From Ignavibacteriales bacterium CG07_land_8_20_14_0_80_59_12 (lineage in GTDB: Bacteria > Bacteroidota > Ignavibacteria > 0-14-0-80-59-12), in assembly GCA_002779395.1 (NCBI GenBank), contig PEWR01000091.1, positions 1,464 through 65,463 of the forward strand: a stretch of 64,000 bases of DNA, written 5' to 3'. The notes under the pieces were generated by a model. It saw only the letters and a list, made by a program, of their open reading frames with translations. It was not told the DNA's origin and searched no databases. The position numbers and the translations under genes are program-made. Below are positions 7,876 through 17,900 of this stretch, one piece after another (the stretch's first letter is position 1; the number at the start of each line of letters is the position of its first letter).

Positions 7876-10761
7876 ATGCCAAATCCGCTCAACGAACATA
7901 GTGCAGTACAGAAACCAATTCTCAAGTACGCAGGCGAGATTGGCTGGCAGATAATCGAGCCACAAGAAGCCTTGAAGCTCCGCAACGGCGAGACGGGACT
8001 CTTCTTCTATTCCATCCTCGAACAGAAGTTGTTGGAACTCAACCGTAATGTCGTCACGGCTGAGAATGTCAGCGAAGTAATCGTACGGATTCAGAATCTT
8101 CGCAACACCATCGAAGGCAACAAGGAAGCCTTGGAGTGGCTCCGTGGCAGGAAGTCAGTCTACGTTCCAGCAGAAAAACGGGAAAGAAATGTCCGACTGA
8201 TTGACTTCGAGAACCCTGACAACAATGTCTTTCAGGTTACTGAGGAATGGTCGTACACCAACGGCAAGTACACCAACCGTGCTGACGTGGTATTCCTCAT
8301 CAATGGCATCCCCATCGTCATTGGAGAGAGCAAGAAACCTGAAGAGAAGGAAGCCATTCCCAAAGCGGTTGACCAGCTTCGGAGATACCACAGCGAGACC
8401 CCCGAGCTTGTTACCACCACCCAGCTATTCGATGCTACCCACCTGATTGATTTCTTCTACGGAGTCACTTGGAACCTGAGCAGAAAGGCACTCTTCAACT
8501 GGAAGGAAGTCGAGAAGGGGAACTTTGAGCTGAAGGTGAAGCGATTCTTTGACCGAGAACGTATCCTCAGGGTGCTCCACGACTATATCGTATTCTTCAA
8601 GCGAGAGGATGAGCTTGAGAAGATAGTCTTGCGTCAGCACCAGTCAAGAGCAGTCGAGAGGGTTGTTGAGCGTTCTACAGAGAGAAAGAAGAAGACTGGG
8701 CTTATTTGGCACACGCAAGGGTCAGGTAAGACATTCACAATGATTGTGTCTGCCGAGAGACTCATCAAACAGCCTGAATTCAAGAAACCCACGGTCATAA
8801 TGCTGGTGGACAGAAACGAACTTGAGAGCCAGCTATTCCTGAATCTTGAAGCCTATGGCTTTGAGACCTACGAGATAGCCGAGAGCAAAGCCCATCTTCA
8901 GGAACTCCTCAAGAGCGACTACCGTGGTCTGATCGTCTCGACGATTCATAAGTTCGAAGGTATGCCCAAGGACATTAACACAACAGAAAACGTCTTTGTC
9001 TTCGTTGATGAAGCTCACCGTACCACTTCAGGGGACTTGGGCAACTATCTGATGGCGGCTCTTCCCAATGCCACATACTTTGGTTTCACAGGCACTCCTA
9101 TAGACAAGATTCTTTATGGGAAGGGAACCTTCAAGGTCTTTGGGAAAGAGGACGACAAGGGTTATCTCGACAAGTACAGCATTGCAGAATCCATTGAAGA
9201 TGGGACAACGCTCCCTCTCCATTACACCCTTGCTCCCAATGATATGCTTGTGCCCAGGGAGACATTGGAGAAAGAGTTCTATGCGATGATGGAGAAAGAG
9301 GGGGTGAGCGATATTGAGGAACTCAACAAGATTTTGGACAGGGCGGTCAACACCAAGAACTTCCTCAAGGCGACTGATAGAGTTGAGAAAGTGGCCAAGT
9401 TCGTGGCAGAACACTATAGGCAAAATGTTGAGCCGATGGGCTACAAGGCATTTCTTGTGGGAGTGGATAGAGAGGCCTGCGCTCCCTACAAGAAGGCCTT
9501 GGACAAGTACCTTTCGCCAGAGTACTCAACGGTGATCTACTCCCCAGCACACAATGACAGACCTGTCCTCAAGGAGTTCTATCTCGAAGAGGCTGAGGAA
9601 AAAGAGACCAAGAAGCTCTTCCGCAAGAAGCAAAGCTTACCAAAGATCTTGATTGTCACTGAAAAACTCTTGACGGGATACGATGCACCAATCCTGTACT
9701 GTATGTATCTCGACAAGCCGATGAAAGACCATACCTTGCTTCAGGCTATAGCAAGAGTGAATCGTCCCTATGAAGATGATGAGGGACTGAAGAAGCCGTC
9801 GGGGTTCGTACTGGACTTCGTAGGCATCTTCGACAACATGGAGAAGGCACTTGCCTTCGATTCAGCCGACGTAACGAGTGTTATCAAGAACATAGATGTC
9901 CTCAAGAACCTGTTTGCCAAGCAGATGAAGGAGCAAGCCCCAGAGTATCTCAATCTGATGAAGGGAAGAACGGGGGACAAGCTGGTTGAGCACGCTATCG
10001 AGTACTTCACCGACAGGGAAAAGCGAGAAGCCTTCTTCAAGTTCTTCAAGCAGTTGGAAAGCCTCTACGAAATCATCTCTCCAGACAAGTTTCTTGGGGA
10101 CTGTATCCGCGCCTATACCCAGTTGTCCCACCTCTACCAGACGGTTCTGTTAGCCTTCACGCCGAGAGTGCAAGCTGACAAAGAGTTGATGCGGAAGACA
10201 GCCTCTCTGGTGAAGGAGCAGGTCAAAGTAGGTCAGATTGCAGAACCGTTACCCATCTATGCCATCAATGAACAGTCTCTGGAAGCTCTCAAGAAAGACC
10301 CCAGGTCTGAGAAAGCCAAGGTGGTGAATTTGACCAGAAGCATCCGAATCTTTGTTGACGATAACCAAGGAAAGAATCCATTCCTTTTGGGAATTGGAGA
10401 ACGGGTAGAAGCCATCAACGAGCTGTACGACAATCGTCAGATTGACACCATCGAAGCCCTCAAGCAACTCGAAGAACTTGTCAAGCAGGTCAACCTTGCC
10501 AAAAAGGAGCAGACTGAAAAGAAGCTCGATACCCGCACCTTCTCCATCTATTGGGTTCTCAAGACATACATGACCTACGGCGTAGACGAGCTTTCTAAGA
10601 AGGTATCTGCCCTGTATGACAAGTATCCCGACTGGATGGTGAACGGAAACGAGAGAAGGGATCTGAGGCTGGAATTGTATGGCCTGTTGCTGAAACCGCT
10701 TGGGAAGCAAAAGGTGCTGGAAGCGATGGAGAAGATGTTCACTTTGGTTGTACAGCAATGA
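7876..10761 (+). CDS. hsdR: Type I RM restriction subunit R
   Basis: RADVVFLINGIP..ESK nuclease motif, HTQGSGKT Walker A, DEAHR, FTGTP, LLTGYD and QAIARVNR. Confidence 0.95.
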   Translation: MPNPLNEHSAVQKPILKYAGEIGWQIIEPQEALKLRNGETGLFFYSILEQKLLELNRNVVTAENVSEVIVRIQNLRNTIEGNKEALEWLRGRKSVYVPAEKRERNVRLIDFENPDNNVFQVTEEWSYTNGKYTNRADVVFLINGIPIVIGESKKPEEKEAIPKAVDQLRRYHSETPELVTTTQLFDATHLIDFFYGVTWNLSRKALFNWKEVEKGNFELKVKRFFDRERILRVLHDYIVFFKREDELEKIVLRQHQSRAVERVVERSTERKKKTGLIWHTQGSGKTFTMIVSAERLIKQPEFKKPTVIMLVDRNELESQLFLNLEAYGFETYEIAESKAHLQELLKSDYRGLIVSTIHKFEGMPKDINTTENVFVFVDEAHRTTSGDLGNYLMAALPNATYFGFTGTPIDKILYGKGTFKVFGKEDDKGYLDKYSIAESIEDGTTLPLHYTLAPNDMLVPRETLEKEFYAMMEKEGVSDIEELNKILDRAVNTKNFLKATDRVEKVAKFVAEHYRQNVEPMGYKAFLVGVDREACAPYKKALDKYLSPEYSTVIYSPAHNDRPVLKEFYLEEAEEKETKKLFRKKQSLPKILIVTEKLLTGYDAPILYCMYLDKPMKDHTLLQAIARVNRPYEDDEGLKKPSGFVLDFVGIFDNMEKALAFDSADVTSVIKNIDVLKNLFAKQMKEQAPEYLNLMKGRTGDKLVEHAIEYFTDREKREAFFKFFKQLESLYEIISPDKFLGDCIRAYTQLSHLYQTVLLAFTPRVQADKELMRKTASLVKEQVKVGQIAEPLPIYAINEQSLEALKKDPRSEKAKVVNLTRSIRIFVDDNQGKNPFLLGIGERVEAINELYDNRQIDTIEALKQLEELVKQVNLAKKEQTEKKLDTRTFSIYWVLKTYMTYGVDELSKKVSALYDKYPDWMVNGNERRDLRLELYGLLLKPLGKQKVLEAMEKMFTLVVQQ

Positions 10762-11054
10762 GCACAGACACCAAAGAACAGAGGTTCCGAGAGAGGGTAT
10801 CCCATTGGTCTGAAACCATTGGGGCGAAGCCGAAGCTGGTACAGCTACGCAGGATGAAACGGAAATGGGCTTCCTGTTCGACGGCTGGTAGGGTGAGCTT
10901 CAGCAGAGACCTCTTGAGGAAGAGGGGAGAATTCCAAGATTGCGTCATAGCACATGAACTTATTCATTTGCAGGTTCCCAATCATGGGAAGCTATTCAAG
11001 AGCCTGATGAGGGCATACATCCCGAATTGGGAAGAGATGCACTTGGAGAGATAG
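10758..11054 (+). CDS. Short YgjP/DUF45-like (M48-annotated) zinc metallohydrolase
   Basis: MKRKWASCS and VIAHELIHLQVPNHGKLF (HExxH); ATGA overlap with hsdR. Confidence 0.85.
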   Translation: MSTDTKEQRFRERVSHWSETIGAKPKLVQLRRMKRKWASCSTAGRVSFSRDLLRKRGEFQDCVIAHELIHLQVPNHGKLFKSLMRAYIPNWEEMHLER

Positions 11055-11489
11055 GTTCCTGGTAATCTTGGTGAGTCCATCAAGAGACCTTGAGGAATAG
11101 GGAAATATTCTGTCGTCGATGCTTGATACGTGTAACCATGTGCAGGGTATTCGAGCTCACATTACTGCTCGTTCTTCCGTTCTTGATCCACGCATCTGGT
11201 CAAACTGGTTACCAACGGTTCGATGAAAGGTCGCTGGATAGGACAGTGCTGATAGAGAAGGAAGTTCATGCAAAGATGGTTGCACAGCAGAGATGCGTTG
11301 AAGAAGTGAACCTCCCCTTCGAGCTTTCCTCAGGGGGATCACGTCATCAGCGAGCATGTTGCATCGGGAGGCGAAGCTCTGTATATTCGGGAGGCAGTTG
11401 CACTGTAGAAAGAACTGCTAAGCGATTCGGCGTTCTTTCCCTTCCTCCTCGCGCGACCTAAGCAAGAAACCCGCGAGATCCGGGCCTCG

Positions 11490-11576
11490 TACCGAAGGTC
11501 GGACTCGAACCGACACGGAGTGTTAAGCTCCACTGGATTTTGAGTCCAGCGCGTCTACCAATTCCGCCACTTCGGC
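11490..11576 (-). tRNA. tRNA-Leu(CAA)
   Basis: Reverse strand GCCGAAGTGGCGGAATTGGTAGACGCGCTGGACTCAAAATCCAG..GGTTCGAGTCCGACCTTCGGTA; long variable arm; CCA not encoded. Confidence 0.96.
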
Positions 11577-11980
11577 GTTCGTTCTTTTCAATTCCAATAT
11601 AGCCAACTCTCTGCGCGCAATCAAGATGTTCCTTGGGGCGGCGATCCCGGGGCATGAACTGGCAAAGAAGCGATTGGAGCGTGCTGATCTCATCAGCAGT
11701 GGGGGGTACTCCAATGAGCCTGGCGTGCCTTGATGGGGAGATCAGTGAACATGAAGGGCGCACGATCGAATCCGAGCTCGACGAGGCGAAGAGCGGGGAA
11801 GACCTCGCAGGTCGCGAAACGAAGGTCGTGAAGCTGCTCGTGACTTTTTTTGAAACAGAGAAGAAGCTGAGGGGAGAGTAGTGGCCTCTCGGAGTGTTTG
11901 GAACTTCGGTGAGAAACTCGATGCAGCTATTCATTGACCCGCGTTATCTGCAGAAGTTCGGGTACCAGTGGCAATGAGAG

Positions 11981-12670
11981 TCACCAGGCCGGCTGGCCCG
12001 GCCCCTTCGACCTGAGGGCTCGCGAGTGCGACCGGTGTTCCTCGGTAAGAGCGTCTATCTTTCTTTTGTCAAGCGCCCGAATCATCCCCACTACCACGCC
12101 GAGGATCCTGAAGTTGTCATCGCTCTGGTTCACGACGATCGGCTTGTATTTCTTGTTCTCCGGCCGAAGGATAATGGGGCCGTTCTCCCTGTAAAACCTT
12201 TTGATCGTCGGCTGTCCCTCAACCGACGCCACCACAATCTCCCCATTGCGCGGCTCGCGCTTCGGGTCGACGAATAGAAGGTCTCCCGTAGCAAGCTCCG
12301 CTCCCTTCATGCTGTCCCCTCGTACGTAGACACCGAAGATGTCGTCCGACGCTGTAAGGTATTTCCTGACTTCAAAAGTGTCGACGATGTTCTCCTGTGA
12401 GAGGAACGGGTGTCCCGCGGGTGCCGTACCGTAGATCGGTATACCCGCTGGTCGCCGGAGCAGTAACTCAATGCCCCGCGAGATCCCCGGAACGTATCGC
12501 ACCGCACGCTTTTTCTCCATCAAAAGAAGATGCGTCCGGGCGGCATTAGGCTGGATGCCGAGTCCGTGGGCAATCTCCTGGAGTGTCGGGGGATAGCCGT
12601 TGTTCTCGACGTACCGCTGGACGAACGTGTAAACGTCTTGCTGCCGGGGTGTTAACTCAGTCGTGCCCAT
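11981..12670 (-). CDS. lexA: LexA repressor
   Basis: LTPRQ..GYPPTLQEIA HTH, Ala-Gly cleavage site (PAGHP), GDSM Ser and TIKR Lys. Confidence 0.9.
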   Translation of the reverse strand: MGTTELTPRQQDVYTFVQRYVENNGYPPTLQEIAHGLGIQPNAARTHLLLMEKKRAVRYVPGISRGIELLLRRPAGIPIYGTAPAGHPFLSQENIVDTFEVRKYLTASDDIFGVYVRGDSMKGAELATGDLLFVDPKREPRNGEIVVASVEGQPTIKRFYRENGPIILRPENKKYKPIVVNQSDDNFRILGVVVGMIRALDKRKIDALTEEHRSHSRALRSKGPGQPAW

Positions 12671-13031
12671 GTGTGATTCCGCTACATGGTGTCGATGCAG
12701 TGAACATGTCGAAATATACACTGTCAAAGGCTCGTTGTCAAGTCTGTGACTCCCACTCTCTGTCAGCACCCAGTCCTGTTGATGCCCGGTCCTTGTTGGA
12801 AGCGCGAGCCGACGACGAGCCTGAGATCAACACACATCTCGATGAGAGTCTCAATGCTTGGGCATGCGGGTTCCAAATCGGAGACAAGGGTTTCTCGTGC
12901 CTCTTGACTTTTGCTCGGAAAGTGGCTATTTTTGCCGCGAGGCAGGCAGCGTGCTTCACAATACTCTCCTGTGTACCCTGTCTGCCGTGTGCCGGCGCGT
13001 TGTTGACAGGTCTCAAGCGGGGTGAATCCAC

Positions 13032-13604
13032 ATGCTGACTGCTTCGGAACTGAAGGAGGGGTTCGTCCTTCAGCGCCAGGACCGGGTCTTCCGTGTGACT
13101 AAAGTCGTTCACCACGCGGGGAGTGGACAGATGGTCAGCTTCGTGGCCTTGACGCTCAAGGATGTCCGCAGCGGACATATGACCGAAGTCCGCTTCAAAC
13201 CGACGGATAGAGTCGAGACGGCGGAGCTTGACAAGCGGGCGCTCGAATTTCTCTACAAGGATGCCGAGACGTTTCACTTCATGGATCCAGAGACGTTCGA
13301 GCAGTACGATGTCCCTGAGAGGAACATCGGCGCCGCGGGGAGGTTTCTCAAAGAGGGAATGAAGGCGACGGTGGAACTGCTCGCCGGCGAAGCGATCAGT
13401 GTGCACTTTGCGAAAACGGTCACGCTCTCAGTGACGGCCACGGGTCCCGGCATCAGGGATACACAGAGCAGCACGATGAAGCCTGCCACACTGGAAAACG
13501 GGCTGGAGATACTCGTTCCGCAGTTCATTGTGACAGGGGACCTCGTGCGCGTTGACGTTGAGAGCGGCGCCTACATCGATCGCACGACGCCGCACAGGGC
13601 GTAG
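13032..13604 (+). CDS. efp: Elongation factor P family protein with atypical tip loop
   Basis: FMDPETFEQ and KPATLENG..VPQFIVTGD..YIDR signature; loop reads HAGSGQM instead of KPGKG. Confidence 0.85.
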   Translation: MLTASELKEGFVLQRQDRVFRVTKVVHHAGSGQMVSFVALTLKDVRSGHMTEVRFKPTDRVETAELDKRALEFLYKDAETFHFMDPETFEQYDVPERNIGAAGRFLKEGMKATVELLAGEAISVHFAKTVTLSVTATGPGIRDTQSSTMKPATLENGLEILVPQFIVTGDLVRVDVESGAYIDRTTPHRA

Positions 13605-13781
13605 CCCCTGAGCGCACAGGCGTGGTCGCCCTAGGGAAGATGCACAATCGGCGCCCGCAGCCGGAAACGCTGGTAGTGTCGGTGAAGGGGGGTGTGTGAT
13701 GAGACGGTGGCTCGCTTGACTAAGAGGCGAGCGTTTGCTATACTGAACGGGGAGGAGCACTCAGACGCATCGTGGTGGTCC

Positions 13782-14906
13782 ATGGCGGGCCCGAATCCTG
13801 GCAAGACGAAGAGAACATCGGAATCTGAGATCACCCTTAAGATAGCCCAGATCGTCGCTATCCTCATTGCGTTTTTCCTCGCAAGCTCGTATCTCGTCTA
13901 TGTGTTTGAATCGCGGTCTCCTTCCCCTCTGATACTCTCGTTTCCCGATGCGATGTGGTATACCCTCGTGACACTAGGCACCGTTGGGTACGGAGATGTG
14001 TATCCGGTTACTGCGGCAGGGAGGATTGTCGGGAGCATCGTCATTGTCTTCTCCATCGGTTTCATCGGGTACAGCATCGGCAGATTCGGCGACTATCTCC
14101 TCGAGAACAGCAGAAGGAAATTCCTCGGCATGAACCGCACACGTTTCAGCGGACACTACGTCGTGATCGGATGGAACGGACTGAGCAGGATCGTCATCAA
14201 GGAAGTTCTCTCCGCCGGCTTCCGTGTTGCCCTCCTCACTCATGATGAGAAGGCGATCACCGAGGTTCGCTCCGTATTCCCCGACTCAAAGACCCTCTTT
14301 GTCACGCTCGGCCCTTACGAGGACGACACCGGATACGAGAGGTTGAATATTCACGAGGCGGCCGGAGCGATCCTCCTCTGCATGAACGACACGCAAACGC
14401 TCATAACGGCGATTCGCCTTCGGGAGGTCAGACCCGATCTCACCATTACTGCCTACATCGAGAACTCAGAGCTTAAACGAACCGTTGTGAACGCCGGCGT
14501 CAAGTATGTGATCTCGCCCAATGAGATCGTCGGCAGGATGGTTGCCTCGGCGACCTTCGAGCCTGATGTGAGTGCGTTCGTTGAGGACATCCTCTCCACG
14601 ACGACGGAATCGAATGATATCGACATCCAGGAGTTCCGGCTTCCGGACGGACACGAGATCGGGGGGATGATCTTCCACGATGCGTGCGAGCTCATCGAGG
14701 AGAAAACGGGAGCGCGCCTCATTTCTTTCAGCCGAGCGGCAGACGGCTCATTCGAGCTGACGAAGAACCCAGCCCGGAATGACACTGTGAAGTCGAACGA
14801 TTATCTCATTGTCCTTGTCAACCTCGTCACCTCAGAACGACTCTCCGAGTATCTTCGAGTGCCGCAGGGGAGAAGGCTCGCAGATACTCCCCGGCGGCCG
14901 GCATGA
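13782..14906 (+). CDS. Two-TM potassium channel with RCK (TrkA) domains, MthK-like
   Basis: TVGYGD selectivity filter and GHYVVIGW Rossmann; start uncertain. Confidence 0.88.
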   Translation: MAGPNPGKTKRTSESEITLKIAQIVAILIAFFLASSYLVYVFESRSPSPLILSFPDAMWYTLVTLGTVGYGDVYPVTAAGRIVGSIVIVFSIGFIGYSIGRFGDYLLENSRRKFLGMNRTRFSGHYVVIGWNGLSRIVIKEVLSAGFRVALLTHDEKAITEVRSVFPDSKTLFVTLGPYEDDTGYERLNIHEAAGAILLCMNDTQTLITAIRLREVRPDLTITAYIENSELKRTVVNAGVKYVISPNEIVGRMVASATFEPDVSAFVEDILSTTTESNDIDIQEFRLPDGHEIGGMIFHDACELIEEKTGARLISFSRAADGSFELTKNPARNDTVKSNDYLIVLVNLVTSERLSEYLRVPQGRRLADTPRRPA

Positions 14907-14990
14907 CTCTGCGGGAGGGCTTGCTCCGATATCCCCCTTGCTTCGGCGATTTTTTTTCTGACGAGGTGTGATCATCTTCGCGGATGCGCG

Positions 14991-17900
14991 ATGAGGGGGA
15001 GCAGGCACTCCACGGGACTGTCGGGGAGTCTGCTGTTCTCACTTCTCCTGGTATCTCTCGACGGCACACAAGGACGGGCGCAGGTACGCGATTCCGTCTC
15101 CCAACTCCCTGTGGCCTTCACCTACACTCTCCCCCTTGCGGATTCTGTTGTGCGGCTCCCCGCCGAATTCCGGGAGATTGCACCGTGGGAAGGACTCACC
15201 GTTCGGATTGATTCCCTTTCCCTCTCAGCTGGGAAGGATTTCTGGGTCGACACCCTCCACAACGTCCTTCGCATCTCACCGGAGCTCTTGACGCGCGTCT
15301 CAAGCGCCGCGCCGAACTTGGGCGCCCCGGGACGAGCAAAACCCCGTGTCATTGTGGAGACTACCCGCCGGGCAGGCGTGTTTAAGAGCCGGTTCTCCCT
15401 TCCTCCTCCCCGGAGGATCGCCTCCGGCGACACCGCGCTCGCCTCGGGAATCACACCGCCGCTTACTCCCCCGCTGCAACTCCGCGATGTCTTTGGGCCC
15501 GGGATTCAGCGGAGCGGGAGTCTCACACGCGGATTCGTTGTAGGCTCGAACCGCGATGTCAGCCTGACGTCGAACTTCCGTCTCCAGCTCTCCGGAATGC
15601 TCGGCGCGGACATTGCGGTCGCCGCTGCCCTTGCCGACGAGAATTCCCCCATTCCTCCCGAAGGCTTGACAAAACAGCTCCAGGAGTTCGACAAGGTGTT
15701 CGTGGAAATCCGCGCCCCGCGTGCCGGTGCAACACTCGGAGACTTCGACTTCATGCGCTCGGGCGGCTCGCTTGGCGTTGTCCAGCGCAAACTCCAGGGG
15801 GCCGAGGGACGCCTCTCGCTCGGCGACTCCACCTCCCGGACGGAAGTCACCGTTGCGGCAGCGGTTGCCCGCGGGAAGTTCACAACAAACCGGTTCAACG
15901 GCCTCGATGCCGTGCAGGGACCGTACCAGCTTGCAGGAGCAAACGGCGAGCGAAGCATCGTTGTCGTCCCCGGATCGGAACGTGTCTCGATTGACGGCGA
16001 ACCGATGACCCGCGGCGCTGTCGAGGAGTACACGATCGACTACAGCCTCGCGCAGGTCACCTTTACGGTCAGGCGGATCATATCGAGCGCATCGCGCATC
16101 AGTGTTGACTTCCAGTACGTCGACCGGCAATACACCCGGACGTTCGCAGGCGCGGATGTCCGATCCACGGTTGCTGGCGGAGCGCTGGGTGTGTCGTACT
16201 ACCGCGAAGCCGACAACCAGGACTCGCCGATCGACGTTGTGCTCTCCGACACCGACCGCGCGATCATCTCGAAGGCGGGGAGTGACCCATTTGCGGCGGC
16301 GAAATCAAGCATCATGTATACCGGCGTTGATTCCGTCACGGGAGCTTCCAAAGGGCGATACCTGCTCGTCGACACTGTTGTCGCCGGGAGCCCGCTGAAG
16401 ATCCTCCGTTACGCGCCCGGTGATGTGCGCGCCCTTTACGATGCATCGTTCACGTTCGTCGGAGACGGGAAGGGGGAATACTCGAGACGGCAGATCGGCG
16501 AGTTCTCCTACGCTGGACCGGGAGGGGGAAGTTATGCTCCGATCACACTCCTCCCGATCCCTCAGCTCCACCAGCTTGCAGACGTGTCGCTGGCTCGAGA
16601 CGTCGGAAACGCGTTTCACGCTGAAGTCAACTACGCACTGAGCAGTTTCGATGCGAATCGCTTTTCTGCAGGAGGAACAGCACGGAGCACAGGGCATGCA
16701 GTGAACGCAAGGCTCTCATTGAGACCTGTTATCCTCCGGGTCGGCGGCGTCTCACTCGGTGAGTTCGGTGCAGCTGTGTCGGACAACTACTACGGCGATT
16801 CCTTCCGTCCGCTCGACCGCATCAAGCCGATCGAGTTCAACCGGATCTGGGACGTTAGCGACACACTTGTGGGGTCCCAGAACGTCCTCACCGCCGAGCT
16901 TCTCTACCACCCCTCTGCGTCCCTGACACTCTTGAACACATACGGTCTCCTCACAACGGCAAGCGGTGTGAGTTCGTCGAAGTACTCCGGGCGGCTGCGC
17001 GTCGAGAGCGCCCCCTCGCGCGCACTCGATTACACTGTCGAGTATGTGCAGAGAGAGGGAGGTGGCCCCCTCTCGTCCAACTGGCTCCGTCAGCGCGGCT
17101 CAGGGTTTCTCGACCTCGGGGCTGTGAAGCCGGCCGTCCGGTTCGAGGCGGAGGATCGGAGGCAATCAGCGACCGACTCAACCGGTGCTGCGAGTCTGGA
17201 TGCGACGAGCTTCAGGTTTGCAGAGGTTGCTCCCTCCATCGGGTTCCCGCGGCTGCTCGGTTCGTCGTTCAGCCTGAACGGGTTCTTCAGGTTCGATGAC
17301 TTGCCCTACGGCGGAGAGTTTGTGAGACAGGCCACCTCTACGGGCTTCGGCGGCGCTTGGAAGTACACGGAAGGGGGGGGACTCTCCGCATCCATCGACC
17401 TTACACAGCGGACCAAGCGGTTCGACGATCAATTCAAGACCCAGGGGAGCAGGGATGCGAAGACGCTTCTTGTCCGATCCGTCACCCAGTACCGCGACGG
17501 ACGCGGATCCGTGAGCACCGACCTCTACTACGAGTTTGGCACTGAGCGGGCTGCGAAACTCGAGCGCGTCTTCCTGCGTGTAGAAAAGGGCACGGGGTCG
17601 TACACGTACATAGGCGATTCGAGCCAGAGGGCAGTCCCCGATCCGAACAAGTTCGTCCCTGTACGTTTCGACGGAGACTATGTCCCGGTGACTGTGCCGT
17701 CCGACAGGCTCTATCCGGTCAGCTCCGTGAAGAGCGGTATCAGGGTCCGGCTCACGCCGGCGCGGCTGTGGCCCCAGGCGAGTTCGTTCGTAGAGTCGGC
17801 CCTCGCAGCCCTTTCATCAGAGACATCGCTCCGGGTCGAGGAGAAGAGCACCGATGAACGGATGTCGGATCTCTACCTTCTCCGCCTTTCGAGATTCCTC

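Noticed and set aside
7716..7985. Minus-strand 89-aa ORF ending in IINL repeats
   Set aside because: Antisense reading of the array and the hsdR start; no RBS or other support.
11090..11881. ORFs flanking tRNA-Leu (signal-peptide-like 11090..11461; weak TerB-like 11633..11881)
   Set aside because: Similarity too weak to call; probably degraded fragments.
13782..14906. K+ channel as c-di-AMP receptor linked to dacA
   Set aside because: The genes are ~27 kb apart and the sequence gives no direct evidence of binding.
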